Part shown: piece after piece, positions 61,189 to 64,000 of the stretch | How the letters are laid out: each line of letters starts with the position of its first letter | Position numbering within the stretch: position 1 is the first letter of the stretch | Origin: Tricharina praecox | Taxonomy: Eukaryota | Length of the DNA: 64,000 nucleotides | NCBI RefSeq assembly: GCF_024521635.1 | Contig: NW_026250418.1 | Location: forward strand, 806,001-870,000 | Direction: 5' to 3' | The notes under the pieces: model-generated | Database searches by the model: none | Told to the model about the DNA's origin: nothing | What the model saw: only the letters and a program-made list of their open reading frames with translations | Program-made: the position numbers and the translations under genes

Positions 61189-63433
61189 ATGGCCTCCTCA
61201 AACCTCGACATGCTCCGCCTCGAACTTACTCAGACCCTGAGCAATGCGCTCGTTAGCATCCCGCAAGCATCCGAAACCGTCGAAGTACGAAACCCGGCAG
61301 CCTGGCTCAGGCTGATGAACTACCAATACCAAACGGCACAAAGAGACCTGCGCCAACTTTACCAAGCATGCGATCAGAAGTTCAACGAAGAGGACTCCCG
61401 AATGCAGGAGATCAGAAGGAACTACGAACAACTCTGCAATGGGGTCAAGTATGTGTGCAACCTCTACGCTCACAATGCCGAAATGAATACAGAATGACTT
61501 CGAACCGAGCTGTCAACGGTAGCGAACACGACACACGCCCTGAGCAGCGACGTATGGGCAGTCATTCGAGAACGTAACCAGAAAGACGAAAACAACCGCG
61601 AGCTGCAAAGCGCCGCAAACGCTCGGCTACAAGACGCAACCGTGTTCCTCGAAACAGCGCAAGTCGAACAACGCAGGGAGCAAGCGGTGTATAACCGCAA
61701 CGTGGAAATATGGGCAGGGAAACAGGAAGAGAAGGCGGAATACCTCTACAAAGAGCAACAGCGAATCAAGAAAAAAATCGCTCGAGCGGAGAAAAAATTG
61801 AAGGTTGTAGAGGTAAGGAGAGGGAAGGCGAAGGAAAAGGCCCAGAGTGGGTGAACACCACCCCAAGAGGAGGATCGAGCAGAAAGATCAGCAACAAGAG
61901 AAACTCCGGCAGGTGTAGGAATGTCCCCTCCTCCTCCACCCCCAAGACGTCCGGTGACTAACCTTGGAGGTGATCCCTCGGATGAGGAACCATCAGATGA
62001 TGACGATTCCATCCCCTTGCCGCGTCGTTCGCCGCCCCGTCACCGAAACGCTCTGCTACCAAGAGAAGACGACGAAGACGAAGAGAGTCGCTTCGCTCGG
62101 ATCATCGCTGCTGCCGTCTCCGCATCGAACCCGAGGGCCATCAAGCTTAAAATGACAGAGCCCGAGCCGTTCGATGGCAAGCAAAGGACAGCCTTCCGTC
62201 CATGGTGGGACTCAGTCGAAGAATATCTTGAGTTCCACCAAGAGACAAACGAGCAGCAGAAGATAGCGTGGGTGGGATCTTGACTGGAAGGAACAGCGGC
62301 AGAATGGCATCAGGCCCGTCGAAAAAGCCTAAGGCAGCTAGACTTGGAAGATACGTGGCAGGCGTACCAAGAGGCACTCAAGGAGGCGTACCGCGACACG
62401 CAGGAGGGAGCGAACGCATTAGGAATGATGTGGGCCCTTGAATACAAAGGAGACATCTAGGCTTACATGACCTCCTTCCGATCGCTCAACATGATCGCTC
62501 GCGCCACTGGCGAACCGCTACAAGACATAGTCAACCAGGCCATGACCACCGACATTGTCGGCATGTGCTTCAACCAGCACACCGAACCCTACGAAGATGA
62601 TGAGGACTTCCTGCAAATGATGCTCAGGGCTGGCAACCATGTGGAACGACGGGACGCGCTGAAAAAGGCAAGGGCAATGAGGAAAGGGGGATCGGGTAGC
62701 CAGGGTTCCGGCGGCGACCGGAAGGGACCTGGCAACGGCCGGCAGGGCCAAGGAAAGGGCAGAGACCCCGGGGGCCGCAAGGAAAGCGGGGAGTCCCCGG
62801 AGGGCCGAAAGGCCAAGGAAGCAACAGCAGTCAGGAAGGGAAGGACAAGGGAAGGGGACATCTACGCGGGAGCAAAGGAGGCTCAGGTAGGGGTTCCTCA
62901 GAAGGAGATCGATGCCCACAAAGCATCCAAATGCGACTGTTGGCGTTGCGGATGAGATGGCAACCGAACCTTCCAATGCTACGCCAGGAAAACAGTCGCG
63001 GGTACCGAACTCCCGGAGAGTCCAAAGGTGTCGTCCGTGACAAAGAGAAAACGGGACACCCAGGATGCCGAACCCACTCGACCGAGGTCCAAGCAACACA
63101 AGGCTGCGGCGGTTGTGGTGGAGGATGAAGCAATGACGGAGGCACCTCCATTCTGGGAGAGGAATGAGAGCAACCTGGAGGATTTTTGAGCGGCCCCAGC
63201 ACTCCGCAGACTGGACGGCCAGGTGTATATATTTGCGGAACGAAGAGACCACGGCCTCAGGATATCGACAGCGAATCCAGAGATAAGCGAAGACGAACGG
63301 ACCAACCTATTTCTACGAGTCCAACAGCGCCGAGTGCCTCAGGGTGCGAGCCCCAAAAACCAGTCAGTGGACCACGACCAATCATAGAAATGATGCTCCT
63401 CTGGTCTGAGCAGTAGCGACGACGGATCCGGGT
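61189..63433 (+). pseudogene. Ty3/gypsy gag (61189-63189, five in-frame stops) and start of pol in the -1 frame, cut by the mini-element
   Basis: PEPFDGK..W..VEEYL..KIAWVGS*LEGTAAEWH; zinc knuckle CWRCG*DGNRTFQC; stops at 61495, 61852, 62281, 62458 and 62953 all in one frame; ends G-GAT-TTT-TGA; -1 frame reads ...RPIIEMMLL..RRRIRV. Confidence 0.85.
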
Positions 63434-63842
63434 TGTAATAAAGTACACTGGGAAAGTACTATACCACTCGACCAAAAGGTATTTTGATGGCTGATGGCCA
63501 TCATCCCAGTAGCTACTTAAGGCCAGGATTTCTGAACTGTGACAGTATCCCCTCTTTAGGGGCTTACTCCAGGAAGCCTTCAAGTAGTTAACCCCCAATG
63601 AGTGATAATTCATGATAAGAGTCATGAACCGTCACTCACTGTAAGCCATGCAATTCCTGAACAACGCTGCAGCAGAGGAATGTAACTGCTCACAGTGGGA
63701 ATTGAACTCATGACCTTTGCAGCCATCAAACTGTAATAAAGTACACTGGGAAAGTACTATACCACTCGACCAAAAGGTATTTTGATGGCTGATGGCCATC
63801 ATCCCAGTAGCTACTTAAGGCCAGGATTTCTGAACTGTGACA
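63434..63842 (-). mobile_element. 409-bp non-coding LTR mini-retrotransposon (TRIM): LTRs 63732-63842 (5') and 63434-63544 (3'), 187-bp internal region
   Basis: Two identical 111-bp TG..CA repeats. PPT AAAGAGGGGATAC (63557-63545) adjoins the 3' LTR. TTTGATGGCTG lies 1 nt after the 5' LTR and is complementary to CAGCCATCAAA inside the LTR. No matching TSD. Confidence 0.9.
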
Positions 63843-63846
63843 GTAG

Positions 63847-64000
63847 TGTAACGGCACGGTCGGGCAAGGCTCCAGGTAGCGAAGTCGGGCTCGGAATCGG
63901 GTTCTAGGTTCGGCAGAGACAAGACAGGTTCAGAGGACAAGGTGAGGCAGGGCTCAGTGCGGACGGCAACTGAGAACAGAGGCAGGGACAAGGACTACGG
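63847..64000. mobile_element. Possible start of another LTR running off the window
   Basis: TGTAAC start 4 bp after the TRIM, and the sequence does not resume the interrupted pol frame. Cannot be confirmed within this window. Confidence 0.3.

Noticed and set aside
24363..62955. Genome-wide TGA=Trp recoding
   Set aside because: TGA terminates apparently intact genes (5979, 29986, 34344, 53296), Trp is TGG elsewhere, and some internal TGAs align to Arg or other residues.
23037..64000. Starship giant transposon
   Set aside because: No DUF3435 tyrosine recombinase or terminal direct repeat visible; cannot be excluded beyond the window.

Overview
Intron-containing fungal DNA from a filamentous ascomycete; Pezizomycete-like TPR repeats and gene families suggest Pezizales (inference). 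The left third is core-like: a secreted GH13 alpha-amylase, a CorA-like membrane protein, an MFS hexose transporter followed by about 10.6 kb of gene-free, microsatellite-rich upstream DNA, and an intron-containing tRNA-Asp(GTC). To the right of the tRNA is a ~41 kb accessory island. It holds two SRPK-like kinase relics, two tandem paralogs of an uncharacterised multi-TM family, a C2H2-DEDDh exonuclease, a head-to-head pair (zinc-finger/TPR protein plus HeLo-like/pseudokinase-like protein), a HET - membrane protein - HET triad, and a nest of Ty3/gypsy fragments. Several island genes are broken only by in-frame TGA codons, two of them at conserved Trp positions. The most unusual object is a 409-bp non-coding LTR mini-element (63434-63842). 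It has identical 111-bp LTRs, a polypurine tract, an 11-nt Tf1-type self-priming site and a tRNA-type Pol III A box/B box split across the LTR-internal junction. Also seen: a four-copy dispersed ~150-bp element, a hAT-like MITE, a foldback hairpin and a strongly over-represented ATCACTCG motif. All calls were made by eye; no database searches were run.
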